A DNA stretch of 64,000 bases from Chrysomallon squamiferum (GCA_012295275.1 CM022678.1:15686001-15750000), one strand, 5' to 3'. Positions 1 through 12,400 are shown, counted from the first letter of the stretch. Notes: a model not told the origin generated them from the letters alone. Numbers and translations: made by a program.

Positions 1-424
1 TATTAGGTTATTTCTGTACTGGAGAATTTAATATTTGAATGTAGTCATTTAATACATAACCATAAAATATCTTCTTTAACACACGACACACACATATGCA
101 TATACAATCAAACTCGTACGCATGCACATAATCATCATAAACTAACATCTACACAAACACACTATAAATTCACAGACGCCTACATGCTGACACACATACA
201 CATAGATGTGTAGCCATTTTCTACTTTGTAAATCTTGATTAACAGTTTATGTTAATAAATTATATACAATATTATTATCACAAAAACACGAGTTAAAAAT
301 AAAATAACAACCAATAAATACTGCCATCCTTTTCAATGCTTCCTTCAAAAAACTGTAAGAAAAACATTATCAACTATCAATAAAAAAAACAAGCCTTAGT
401 TATAATAATAATAATAAAACTTAC

Positions 425-568
425 AGATCACATTGAGACATCCATCTCCAACTACACTACCAACATCATTTCTTACACGACACTGGAAACAGGAAATATC
501 TTCCTGTTTGTTTACATTTTTCACTGTCAGTCTACGTTTGTTGTCTGAGAAAATATACTTTTCAGGAT
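425..568 (-). CDS. Gene A exon 9 (Ig4 C-half)
   Basis: tttcag|AT...GTG ATC T|gtaagt; 144 nt; DPEKYIFSDNKRRLTVKNVNKQEDISCFQCRVRNDVGSVVGDGCLNVI; paralog of 22146-22289. Confidence 0.92.
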
Positions 569-3500
569 CTGAAAAACAACGACAAAAAACCCAAGAATTA
601 ATTTACTTTACCAAATAAATTATATTTTATACTTGATTATAACAGTATATTTACTACTTTCAAGACTGGTAAACATTTCATAGATGAATATATTGCTATA
701 CTGATAATTAAATTGTTTTACTCTTTAACATCTGAAAATACTGTTCATATTTCATATAAGTTCATCTTACAGTATTCATACTTTTTGAAAATTTGATTTT
801 GATTTAAATATTTTCGATCCAGTCATTATTTACTATCATTTGTAAATTCAGTTGTTTAAATATTTTTATTTCATTATTGCTTTATATCTTTTTGAAGAGA
901 TGTAAGCTGGGTTTTCAGTTTATGTATTAATTAATGGATGAATTTGAAAGTTAAAATGAATCAAAATATTTTAAGTACTATTTCCACTATTTAAGTTTAA
1001 AGAAATTTAAGAATATTTAAATCAGTATAAACTGAGATGTGAAGATACCAACCAACATTTGACCAATCTCTTGCATTCTTGAACCAAGTCGGAGGGGGAG
1101 GTTCTGTCTCCCCGGATGCTGCACGTGTAACACACGTGAACTCAGCGTCTTTACCCTGAGTGACAGTCTGTGAGTGAAGTCCTTCTACCACTATAGGCGG
1201 GGCTGAAACACGTCACAGTACTAATTAATAGTTATTATTATTATATTACTATTATTATTTTTATTTTTATTATTACTAATTATGAGTATTATCAGTATTA
1301 GTATTATTACAATTTTTTATATTATTATTATTATTAACATCATCATCATTATTATAATTATTATAATAAGTTGTTTATTATGTTTATTATTGTTTATTAT
1401 TTTAATTATATATTATTATTGTTATTATTATTATTATTGTTATTGTTGTTTATTTTTATCTTTGTTATTGTTTGTTATTACTAATTATATAATACTACTG
1501 TTATGTTTATTATTATTAACTGCATAACATGGCTTGACAAAAAGACTAAAAGGTGTCTGGAATATTGGTTCTGTATTGTAAAACTAAGTTTCCGTATTAA
1601 TATTTGTAGTTTGCTACTTAACCATTAACTTTGATTTGCTCAGAAATATTTGACATATAATTTTGCGTTGTGGAACTAAGTTTATTAATTAAATCTTTTA
1701 GTAAAATATACTTAACAGTATATCTGTTTTACAATGTTTCATAATGAAACCTTTCAGAACAATGGCTGTAAAACTAATACTGCTTAGAAAGTATGCCTAA
1801 TAATAACTGTTTAACAACCATTCCTCTCTAAGTACTTCACTTCCAGAGCGCAAGTTGACCTCATCGACAAGCAGACTATGTGCCAAGGTCAGCACAATTA
1901 GATCATGTACACTTTGATTATATTGATCAGTAGACTTGTTTTGAACTGAGAACTTTGACTGCATTGTTCAATAGACTTGTTTTGAACTGCGAACGTTGAC
2001 TACATTGATCAATAAACTTATTTTTAATTGTTTGGAAACAAATGAAACAGAAAATTAAAACGCTGTACGTACTACTGATATTTATAATTTACTTACAGGT
2101 GACATTGAGAAAGATATCTGCACTGGCTGATCCCAGACTGTTACTTCCAGTACACTGATAGACGCCTTCATCTTCCTCCACCAGATTAGAAATCTTGAGT
2201 TGACGCTTCTGTGGATCCCCCCATGAATATCTGCCTGCTGAAGGTTTTATTTTTTTACCAGAAGGATCAAACCAGCTGATAGCAGCATTTAGTATATCAC
2301 TTCCAGGAACTGGCCTGTAAAACGAAATGATAAAATAATTATGTAGTTATTTATATAAATTTATTTATTTATTTTATTTTACTCTAATTTGAAATTGAGT
2401 ATGAAATAAAAACCATTGGATTAATTTCAAAACACAACAAGTTTATTTTGCACCGTTTTTTTCTCACACACCTACACAGACACCCACACAAACATATCAT
2501 CCATCACGCACCCGAACACCGTCATATGCGCACAGAGAGAGCTTCAAAGAGAGACACACAAACACATACACACATACACACACACAGACACAAACACACA
2601 GACCCACACAGATACCTCATGATAGCAGAAATGTGTTAACTGCGCGCATTCAAAAGGCACCACGTACCACAAATATTAAAATAAATAAATAATTTTAAAA
2701 AAAGATAGAAAAGAAAGGCAACAAAACAAAAAAGAAATTGTAACTTTGTTATGTATAATTTATCTACGGTAATTAGTTTACTATTATTTGTATAATTGTT
2801 TTCTATCATGTTCATGTTTTGCTAATACCATTATGTAAGAGGTTTAATAATACTCTACAGTAATTAATTTATTATTCTTAAATTTCTATCATTTTTGTTA
2901 ATATCATTTTGTATAATATTTAAAGTATTTTACTTTCCACTGAAGAAACACTCCAAAATTATGTTTCCTCCTAACAATCCAGTAGTATCATTTGAGTGAT
3001 ACAAAAGTTTAGAAGTGATCTGTAGAAGTGGAATATCTGAAAGAAATAAACAAAACAAAAAGTAAATTTCATATCCTGAAGAAGAAATACAGAGAAAAAG
3101 AAGTTGTGCTGTATTTGTTTTTAATCGTGTGTATGTACATACATATATATATATATATATATATGTCCATTGAACTTTTTTAAAATAATAACTGCATTTT
3201 TTTCTTTTATTTTATAAAGCCTTATTTGAGAACAGATTATCACCATGATTTTTATTTTATTAAATAGTATTAACTATAGTGCACTTAATACATTTTTAAG
3301 GAAGAAAAAATAATATCATAGTTAGAATACGTTTGAAATCTGTCGATGAAGCAACTTTAATAATGTCACACTAATATAATTTTTAAATCTTGGGATAAAA
3401 CAACAGTCCTTCTACATCAATATATTTCTGACTAGAAATGTCGGTGAAACAAGAGGGAAAATATTTAAGAACATTTTTACAACAATTTGAACAAAAATAC

Positions 3501-3843
3501 TGTGTTTATTTTACTGAACTTGTATTTTATATACTTACCAGATGACTGCACAACTTTAATATGTCTTGGACTGCCCATAAAAATTAAAGATAGTTTCATG
3601 TTTCCAACTGCACATTTATATGGATTTTTTCTTTCGTCTCTTTTCTTCAGATAGGCAAAGTGTAAAGTACCTAAGGGTTTATAGTAATATTTAAACTTCG
3701 TAATAGTCTTTGTTATCTAAACAAACACAGAATCTTTTCTTATATAATAAATAAATAAATAAATTATAATAAATTAATTAATTTTGTTATTTATTTATTA
3801 TATCAGAAAAGTGAATTAATAACACTAACAAAAAATAAATAAA

Positions 3844-3879
<36 letters not shown>

Positions 3880-4357
3880 GTAGTAGATGTAGTAGTAGTT
3901 GTAGTAGTAGTAGTAGAAGTAGTAGTAACGTAATAGTGACATTTAATAATAGTATTAGTAGTAACAGCAGCAGTAGTGGTAATACTAACAATAATACGAA
4001 TAATGATTACACGTTTTCTCAGTCTTATGTGACTTTTATCAAAGATTTTTAAATGTATATATTTTTAATTTAATACATTATATTCCGCAGTTTTCCCGGT
4101 TGTTATAAATATTAAATCAATCCGTCAAAAACCTCCAACATAAATATCACCTTCAATAGTAAAATTATAATAAACAAAACAAAAATACTGATAAAATATA
4201 TTTTAAAAAATATCACATATTTAAATGGTAGATTTGTATGGGTATTACGAAATGCAACTAATTATCTTTGTCATTAATAAAATTAGTCTATCAAAATTTG
4301 CTAATTTATTATTAACTTAATTAGCTAAACAAAAAAACATACACAAACAAAAAATAG

Positions 4358-4395
<38 letters not shown>

Positions 4396-4915
4396 AAAAT
4401 AAAAAGAAAAGACCCATTCCTCCAGTTTTAACCTGTGTTGATAAATAATTAATTTTACCTTCAGCATCAATGAACTTCCTGACGTTTGGAATGAGCTGAC
4501 TGTTGTGTTTACCAGAATACCACATCATCTGACCAGGTGGCTGACTTTCAGGTGCACCGTAACACTTCAGAGAAAGAGGGTTACCTTGACGACCAGTTAC
4601 GTAAACAAGCTTCATTTTAGGGAACCTACCAAGTCCTTAACCAAAGATAATAATAATAATAATAATAGTAATAATAATGGTAATAATAATAGTAATAAGT
4701 ATGAAAACAGTAATAATGATAATAGTAATAACAGTAATAGTAATAATAATAATAGTTTTAATAATAGTAATAATAATAATAATAATAATAATATTAGTAA
4801 TAATAATAATGGTAGTAGTAATAATAGTAGTAGTAATAGCAGTGGTAATGGCAGTAGTAGCAGTAGTAATAGTAATAAGAATAATAGTATAATAATAATA
4901 ATAATAATAATAATA

Positions 4916-4969
<54 letters not shown>

Positions 4970-7138
4970 AATAATACTGTTGACCCTTAAGTTCACGGAT
5001 TATGGAAGTCACGAATTATGCGATGTTCAAGTTAATTTATAGTTTTTATCCATATTCAGAATGATCATGATTTGATCTTGTTTATGACACTGAAAATGTT
5101 TGTTTCTTGGTGTTTTTGGTTTGTTTGTTTTCTTCTTCATTTTTTTGTTCTTTTCTTTATCATGCTTATTGTTCATGATATTCAAAATTTAATGCTTTTT
5201 CTGTCATGTTCATCATATTCAACATATTGATGTTTTGATCATGTTCATGATACACAAGATGTTGATAAAATCTTAGAGTTTAAAAAAAAAAAAAATTTGT
5301 TCTTTAAGTCTGTTACATAATGTTTGTTCCAGTTTAAACACTGTTGACCATCGACTTCATGGACTACTAGAGGTCAACAACCAGTCCGGAAAATGGAAAA
5401 GTATGGGAAATTGCAAACATAAATATTAACAATAACATAAAGATGTAAAAATAATACACAGACATTGACACAAAAAATATAAACAAACGTCATACAGTAT
5501 ATGTAAAGAAAATTATACAACAGAAAAATTTCCCAAATTTGGTCTGGATTTCCGTCAATCTGGAAAACCAAGAATTGTGAAATCAAGGTTCAGCAGTATT
5601 AAAACAGTGGAGCAACTAAAAAGATAATTTGTTCTGCTTGAGATATTAAAGATAAATAAAAAAAAAAGATTATGATAACTTACTCATCAGAATTAGTTTT
5701 GTAGTAGGTGACACTGTCCTGACTGTCCTCCCATTTATAACACTCCAAGCGATACAGACATAGTCTCCACTTTCTCTAGAACTGAACCGAGGAATGAACA
5801 GCTGTCCTGTTCTCTCCGTGTATTGAATATACCTGCCTCCTGGTCGAATTGTTTTATTATTCCGTAGCCAAGAGAACCTGTATCAAATTGATAGACATAG
5901 ATATATTATTTAGTTGGTGTAAATTGACTTACTACTATTTAATTTGTGTGTATTAATTTATATATTAATTAGTTTTTGTATATTATATATTATTTAGGTT
6001 GTGTTTATTAACTTATATTTTATTTAGTTTGTGTTTGTTGACTTATGTATTATTTATTTGTTTATGTCTATTAACTTATTTATTATTTTGTTTGTGTATA
6101 TTGATTTATTTGTTATTTAGTTTGTGTAATGACTTATATGTACATTATTTTTATGAATTAAGTTTGTGATCTTTTTTGTCTGATAATGGTATATGGAAAA
6201 AGTGTAGAAATTAAAAATAAGAATAATACAAACCTGAATAGCTTTATAAATTCAAAATAAAGAGTAAACGAAAAACAAATTTTTAAATTTAGTTATATAG
6301 ATAGATCTACAGTAGATAGATGTCCATAACGGTTCTACAGGTTTTGAACAATGATCTTCTACAAAGACGTTTATTAAAACTTACTTAGGTTTTGGTCTGC
6401 CTGTAGCTTCACATTGTATTGTAACGCGTTTGTTTAGTTTAACATATCTAACATCATTTATCTTAGGCGAAATAATATTAGGTGGCTGCACTGCAAATAA
6501 TAATAATAATATTAATAATAAAATAATAATAATAATAATCATAAATCATTTAAGAACATTATCTTTTATGATAAATAACCGTTACTGTGATGTGTTTGTG
6601 TATGTCTGTGTGTTTAATAGTTTTAAAATATATATATTTTTAACGTACAATATTTACTGTAACAATAATAATTCTTAGGAAATAAATCAATAATGTTGAC
6701 ACAGCATTTGAAAATGATATTTTTCTGTCAGCATAATCAATTATTAGATAAATAAATATGGCTGCAGTCGACTGCATAAAAATTACTTCTACTTGATTTT
6801 TCAAATCACAAATAGTTTTAATACTTTTAAAAGAAAAAGAAAATTTTAATTCAATGATGATATTTTAGTTATATATGCTGTTGAATAGCAATTTTTTTTA
6901 TTATCTGCAGATGTATGTTGAATAATACACTAAATTTGCTTATAACTACAATGTCACCTGATGACTAACAACACAGTAATGAAGCATTAGAAATGTATTT
7001 TGACCGCCTAAGATACAAGAAACATTTGTAAATATATGTCAAATTCAAATTTCTATAATTAAAAATAGTTTTACCTTTAAGCTTTCCTGGAGACACCAGA
7101 GAAAAATAAGCGAAACAAGCTATTAGTTCTCTATACAT
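425..7138 (-). CDS. Gene A: L1CAM/neuroglian-like Ig-superfamily paralog; 9 coding exons in window (signal peptide + Ig1-Ig4), 3' part beyond the left edge
   Basis: Nine GT-AG exons splice in frame (7075-7138, 6385-6490, 5684-5877, 4459-4635, 3539-3670, 2934-3036, 2097-2314, 1053-1202, 425-568). Phases are identical and lengths near-identical to gene B exons 1-9; Ig Cys/Trp motifs are intact and there are no stops. Confidence 0.9.
1053..1202 (-). CDS. Gene A exon 8 (Ig4 N-half)
   Basis: tttcag|CC...GTT G|gttggt; 150 nt; SPPIVVEGLHSQTVTQGKDAEFTCVTRAASGETEPPPPTWFKNARDWSNV; paralog of 23647-23796. Confidence 0.9.
2097..2314 (-). CDS. Gene A exon 7 (Ig3 C-half)
   Basis: ttacag|G...ACC T|gtaagt; 218 nt; PVPGSDILNAAISWFDPSGKKIKPSAGRYSWGDPQKRQLKISNLVEEDEGVYQCTGSNSLGSASADIFLNVT (DxGxYxC motif). 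Confidence 0.92.
2934..3036 (-). CDS. Gene A exon 6 (Ig3 N-half)
   Basis: tttcag|AT...GGA AA|gtaaaa; 103 nt; DIPLLQITSKLLYHSNDTTGLLGGNIILECFFSG; same length as B exon 6. Confidence 0.88.
3539..3670 (-). CDS. Gene A exon 5 (Ig2 C-half)
   Basis: ccttag|GT...TCT G|gtaagt; 132 nt; GTLHFAYLKKRDERKNPYKCAVGNMKLSLIFMGSPRHIKVVQSS. Confidence 0.9.
4459..4635 (-). CDS. Gene A exon 4 (Ig2 N-half)
   Basis: weak ttaag acceptor, donor G|gtaaaa; 177 nt; LGRFPKMKLVYVTGRQGNPLSLKCYGAPESQPPGQMMWYSGKHNSQLIPNVRKFIDAE aligns with B exon 4. Confidence 0.85.
4977..5596. mobile_element. Possible decayed TA-flanked Tc1/pogo-type MITE in gene A intron 3
   Basis: TA-CTGTTGACCCTT at 4975 and AAGGTTCAGCAG-TA ending 5598 form imperfect inverted termini; a related tgttgacc...ggtcaaca hairpin lies at 5342-5379. 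Confidence 0.35.
5684..5877 (-). CDS. Gene A exon 3 (Ig1 C-half)
   Basis: atacag|G...ATG A|gtaagt; 194 nt; FSWLRNNKTIRPGGRYIQYTERTGQLFIPRFSSRESGDYVCIAWSVINGRTVRTVSPTTKLILM. Confidence 0.92.
6385..6490 (-). CDS. Gene A exon 2 (Ig1 N-half)
   Basis: ttgcag|TG...CCT AA|gtaagt; 106 nt; VQPPNIISPKINDVRYVKLNKRVTIQCEATGRPKPK. Confidence 0.92.
7075..7138 (-). CDS. Gene A first coding exon (signal peptide)
   Basis: ATG at 7138; MYRELIACFAYFSLVSPGKLK G|gtaaaa; 64 nt, exactly as B exon 1. Confidence 0.85.
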
Positions 7139-7158
7139 CGTTATAATTTTCTCCTCTG

Positions 7159-7246
7159 TAATTAATTATCTCCCCTGATCCTCTATCAGATAGTTCACAG
7201 TTGTTAATTTTATGCAAATCAAAGAAAATATTCTCATTAATAAAAC
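7159..7246 (-). promoter_or_regulatory. Candidate proximal promoter of gene A (octamer ATGCAAAT 7212-7219, overlapping TATA-like CATAAAA, GATA motifs)
   Basis: Motifs read directly 20-110 bp upstream of the ATG; the block is perfectly conserved in the inverted copy at 10438-10525; function is inferred. Confidence 0.35.
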
Positions 7247-7519
7247 AATGTAACATCCAACAGTTCATTAAGAAGTGAGTTCTAAACAATTAAACGCTTT
7301 AAATGAAACATTTTCCTGTTGAGTCATAAACAAAAATGCATTCAATAAGCCATAATCTCCTAAAATGTCCTGTTAATATATATGATTAAAGCCAGAAACC
7401 AGAATTGCCCAGTCTTGCTTAAAGTTATTTCAGAGAAAGAAAAAAAACAATGCAATAAAGTAAACTATTAAACTAAATTAAATCTGGAATTATAATTTTC
7501 TCTACTTATGTGTAATGTA

Positions 7520-8915
7520 GACTGGGATATATTTCAGTAGCAATTTGATGTCCAAACTGAGAAAGTGACAGATTTGACGATCTGTGAAGACCTTTTTACT
7601 GATGTTAGACATCTGATAATATGGAACATGTTTCCTGTCGAGCGTAGATCAGGGTCATTAAAGAAGGTCAAAAGAAAGGTCATTTTTGACTAGTTTCAAT
7701 TCGATTGGAGGTCAGAGTCACTCAGTAAAGTCAAAACAAAGGTCAACATGGATTGAATATTCATTAAAATGCAAGGAGCAATCGCTTGGTTCCCGGAGCA
7801 GGGAATTTACATCATTGCTTAGCTTTGCTGCCTTGCACGAACTGGAAAAGCATCTCGAGGAAGTGGACCAGATACAGCTGCTGCTGAGACCGGCATTTAC
7901 TCCGCAGCTTCCATTCGCGGAATATTCTCACAGAAGGTATTCAACAGATGAGTTGAATATATTCTCAGGAAAGTGTTTGCCAGGCAGTACGTGGTAAACT
8001 GCCTGCTGATGCGCAGTGTCAGGAACTCAAGTCCACGCCTCCTCATAGCAGAAATTATGTTACAGACATCTCTGACGACTCGGCATCTCAGTCTGCAGCC
8101 TAAGCTGGCTGGCATGGATGCTGGTGAGCTGGTCCAGTTCTTGAGAAACAATATGAAACAACTTCAGTGCCTAGTGTTCATTGTCAGTGCATGTCGTCTG
8201 ACTCTGACGTATTGGTCTTGTTGATTGATCTTGTGGCTCGTGGACGACCTGCAGCATTCACCAAACTCCATTTCCTCACTGGAAAATGTGACGTCATTCG
8301 TGAGCGTGTGAGGGTCACTGGACATAAGACGTGTGAAGGTCTGATTGGTTTCCATGACGCAACAGGAGAAGTTTGGGAAGGGAGTTGCCTCAGGCATGTT
8401 TTTGTACAACTAATTTTGGAACTAATTAATTAATGACCGAGCTGCACTGCTCTCTGCAAATGTCAGAATTCTGATTGCAGCAACCTTTCTGACTACAGAG
8501 TGAAGCAGGTGAAGATGAAGATGAAGTTATAGGAGAATGAAGAAGGATGACTTATCAGAAGATAGTGAACACCTGATTTAACTCGCAAAATATGTCATGA
8601 CAGATCTGGTCTAAATTATATGTCCAACTTTTATTTTCTCCCAAATCTTATTCATTGTGTTGTCCCGCGTATTTCCCTGAACTCTGATTATTTATGTTTG
8701 TTATTTGTCTTAGATTTTGACCCTGAACCTGATTTTCTGCACAGATATGCCATTTTCTGTGTTTTTCATGAGTGACGGCGGCCATCTTGGATTTTGATGA
8801 TTACAGGTGACAAAACATTTGTTAGCTAAGATTTTTGTATCCAAATGTAGTCAAATCAATTACTATATCACTTCCTACGGGACTCTGAAATCCATACATG
8901 GCGAACTAAACTAGT
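7520..8915 (+). mobile_element. Decayed, internally deleted Academ(X)-like DNA transposon fragment
   Basis: GC-richer island with frameshifted fragments: SSDSDVLVLLI and LIGFHDATG (resembling XPG/FEN1-like DTDV and FHAxTGCD motifs), a Cys-rich tail SCTALCKCQNSDCSN at ~8441-8485, then an acidic stretch; TIRs not confirmed. Confidence 0.6.
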
Positions 8916-9594
8916 GACTTTACAACACAGTTATCTCTAAGCTGTAAAATTATACTTGAACACTATTTTTGCTAGTGATCTATGTTTTCCTTTTGCAAGG
9001 AGCTAAAGGCAAAAATACACTGTGTTATCTCATTATTAACTATAAGTTAGTATGACGAAATAACCTTTATCACGACATCTTTTGTTATCTTGTACCAATC
9101 GTCGAGTTACAACATTTACTAATAAGCCCTGTTTGAAAAGAGGAGTGGTTTGGTTATACAAACAGTGAGCGATAGACGGCAGTATAAAGATGGAAATAAT
9201 TTACAACAAATAAAAGGAGAAGAAGAAGAAGAAGAAGAAGAAGAAGAAGAAGAATACTATATATTCATAGTTCTGAGGTATATTTAGAAAAAGAAGGTTG
9301 CCAATAAAATAAAATAAAACAATATTACGGCGATACAATTTTACAAAACAACAAACCTTTTCTCCCATGACCCGACAGAAAAGGAACAACAAAAAGCTGT
9401 GACGTACTGAGTTAATATTACGTTACAGTAATTAGTATTCAGTTATTGTTTTATTTAGATTGATTTGCTATTCACTGTTTATGGATTTAGTATAAACAGA
9501 TTTTAATAAAAATAAATAAATTAAAAAAATAAATAAAACAAGAAAAATCCACGGAATCAACGTTATAAATAATTACTTATTTTAAATTTGTATT

Positions 9595-9637
<43 letters not shown>

Positions 9638-9936
9638 TTTTTGTTTTGTTCCTGTAATGTTATTTATTTAATTTATTAACAATTTTACGTACTTTTGGTG
9701 TTACGATTTATAGCTGTTTTGCCTTTTTACAAACAAAAGCAAATGAATTTTCTTTTAAATAATTGTAATTCTCACTGTAAAGACAGATGTATATGACATG
9801 TGAACATGTTACGCCGCACACAAACGCACGCTCGTACGCTCAGTCCGAGTAACTGTTACACTTAGGTCGTTTTTGTCAGACTTACTGATTAGCATCGTTT
9901 TTATAGTAATTTATTCAGTTAATGGCTCTGCAGAAT

Positions 9937-10013
<77 letters not shown>

Positions 10014-10129
10014 AACACACACACACACAATTTCTCAGTTTCAAATATCTCTATGGCTTCAGTATCAGACAGAAAACCAGAAAATTAATAATAATAATGC
10101 GTGTGTGCGTGTGTGTGTGCGTGTGTGAA

Positions 10130-10198
<69 letters not shown>

Positions 10199-10437
10199 TC
10201 CCTTATTAGATTAGTATTATTTTCATTATAATTATTTTTATAATAACTTTAAGCAAGATTGAGAAATTCTTGTTTCTCAGTTTAGTCTAACAGGACATGT
10301 TAGGAGATTGTGACTTAGTGTTTGTATTTCCTGTTTGTGACTCAACTGGAAAATGTTTCATTTACTAGAATGTACTAGTTCTAAAGTTATTAATTTTTTA
10401 GAAAATATTTCTTAATCAACTTTTAAATGTATCCACA

Positions 10438-11412
10438 GTTTTATTAATGAGAATATTTTCTTTGATTTGCATAAAATTAACAACTGTGAACTATCTGATA
10501 GAGGATCAGGGGAGATAATTAATTAAAGAAGGAAAACTTATAATAATGTAGGGAGAATTAATAGCTTGTTTCACTTATTTTTCTCTGGTGTCTTCGGGAA
10601 GGCTTAAAGGTAATAATATTTTTTAATTACAGAAATTTCAATTAGACATATATTTACAAATGTTTCTTACAAATACATTTCCAATGCTTCATTACTGTGT
10701 TGTTAGTCATAAGATGACATCGTAGCTATAAGCAAATTTGTAGATAATTTTAAAAATTGCTTTTCAACAACATATATAACTAAAATAAAAACATCATCAT
10801 TAAATTAATACTTTCTTTTCCTTTCTAAAGTATTAAAACTATTGGTGATTTAAAAAACCAAGTAGAATTAATTTTTATGCAGTTGAGTTGAAACTCGACT
10901 ACTGTCGCCATCTATCTAATAACTGTGACAGGAAAATATCACTTTGAAATGCAATGTCATCATTATGGATTTATTTCTATATAAAATATTATTGTTAAAT
11001 TAAATATTACATGTTAAAGATATTTATTTTATAATTATTAATTATACAGAAATAGTTATTTATCATTAAAATACTGATGTTAAATGTTTCAATTTTATTT
11101 ATATTATTATTTTTATTTTTTATTTTTTTATTTTATTATTTTTATTTTATTTTTACTTGCAGTGCAGCCAGCTATCATTAAACAAAGATAGGTACAGGAA
11201 AACATCATGAGTTTTAACATACGGGTATTTACTACGTTTATACCTACAGATAATATTTCAAAACCATTATGAACACCTGTCCATCTATTTATGTGTCTAA
11301 ATTCAAAAATTTCATTTTCATTATTTTTTATTTGATTGTTTTATAAAGCTATTCAGGTTTGTATTATTCTTATTTTTAATTTTTACGCTTTTTCTATATA
11401 TCAATATCAGAT

Positions 11413-11443
<31 letters not shown>

Positions 11444-11682
11444 TAACAAAAATAATGTACATGTCAATAATCAAAAACAAAAAAATATCTAAGACAATAC
11501 ACGAACTAAATAACATATATAGACATATACAAAGTAAACAATATTTAAGCTTATACACACTAACTAAATAATATATAAATCAGTACACAAATAAATAAAA
11601 TATCTCTTTCTACCAGTTTGATAGTTACTTTTGGCGATTGAATAATAAAGCAATTCGACCAAATAAGCAGTTTTATTAAATA
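10438..11682 (+). pseudogene. Inverted partial duplicate of gene A (upstream block, exon 1, intron 1, deleted exon 2, intron 2, start of exon 3)
   Basis: Reverse-complement match to ~5820-7246. The exon 1 copy at 10546-10609 reads ATG TAG (codon 2 stop) ... CTT AAA G|gtaata; the exon 2 remnant at 11163 (ttgcag|TGCAGCCA) has an internal deletion; the exon 3 remnant includes gaataataaagcaattcgacc at ~11640. Confidence 0.88.
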
Positions 11683-11775
11683 CAGTGACACCTCGGGTTA
11701 CGAACGCCTCAAAGCACGAACTATGATCAGGGCAAATTTTGTTTACGAATAATATCCCGAGTTACGAACTACACG
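11683..11775 (+). mobile_element. Tigger/pogo-like terminal fragment truncating the inverted pseudogene
   Basis: TA-CAGTGACACCTCGGGTTACGAAC resembles pogo/Tigger-type TIRs; internal cccgagttacgaac repeat; homology to gene A stops exactly here; no partner TIR found. Confidence 0.5.
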
Positions 11776-11848
11776 ATGCTACTAACAATTTTGTTTTATT
11801 TTTACGTCAAGTATTGAAATTATTATAGATAGATCAAAATAGATCAAA

Positions 11849-12400
11849 TTGATTAAATACTTTCTTCATTTTTGTGTGAATTATTCACTTTATTCAACGC
11901 AATTCAGAATAGCTTTTGCACAAAATGAACATTTTAAAATATTGCTGGTTTTATTTTTATATTTTTTCATAACCTATCCAATTGTCCCAAAAGAAAAATG
12001 TTTTGGTAGAGGTTTTATTGCAAAACATTTTAATATTTTGTTACTGCTATACTACTATTTTATGTTATTAGTTTATATACTACTTTTAATACTATTTATA
12101 GTATTTGAACAGTTTTATTATTTTATTACTAATTTTCATGCATTTTGTTTGTTGTTATTATTGAAATTTTTATTAGATAGATAAGATATTGATTAAATAC
12201 TTTCTTCATTTTTTGTGTTCATTATTCACCATTCATGAATTCAGAATAGTTTACAAATCAACATTGTCAAAAGGCTGTTATTTTTCTATGGAATTTATTT
12301 TTGTTTCAGTTTTTTTCTTAATTTTATGTTATTAGTTTATATCTTTTTTACGTTTTAGTTTTTTATTTTATTCTTTTTTCATGCATTTTTGTTGTTTTTT
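11849..12400. repeat. Degenerate ~340-bp tandem duplication
   Basis: ttgattaaatactttcttcatttttgtgt at 11849 and 12189; ttttatgttattagtttatat and ttttcatgcatttt also recur in both halves. Confidence 0.6.

Noticed and set aside
433-618. Plus-strand ORF MRHPSP..., repeated at 22154-22351
   Set aside because: Antisense shadow of the real minus-strand exon 9 in each paralog
4505-4996. Poly-N/poly-I ORFs, and similar ones at 1282, 3803, 41747, 42303, 51042 and 63599
   Set aside because: AAT/TAG trinucleotide microsatellites; no coding signal
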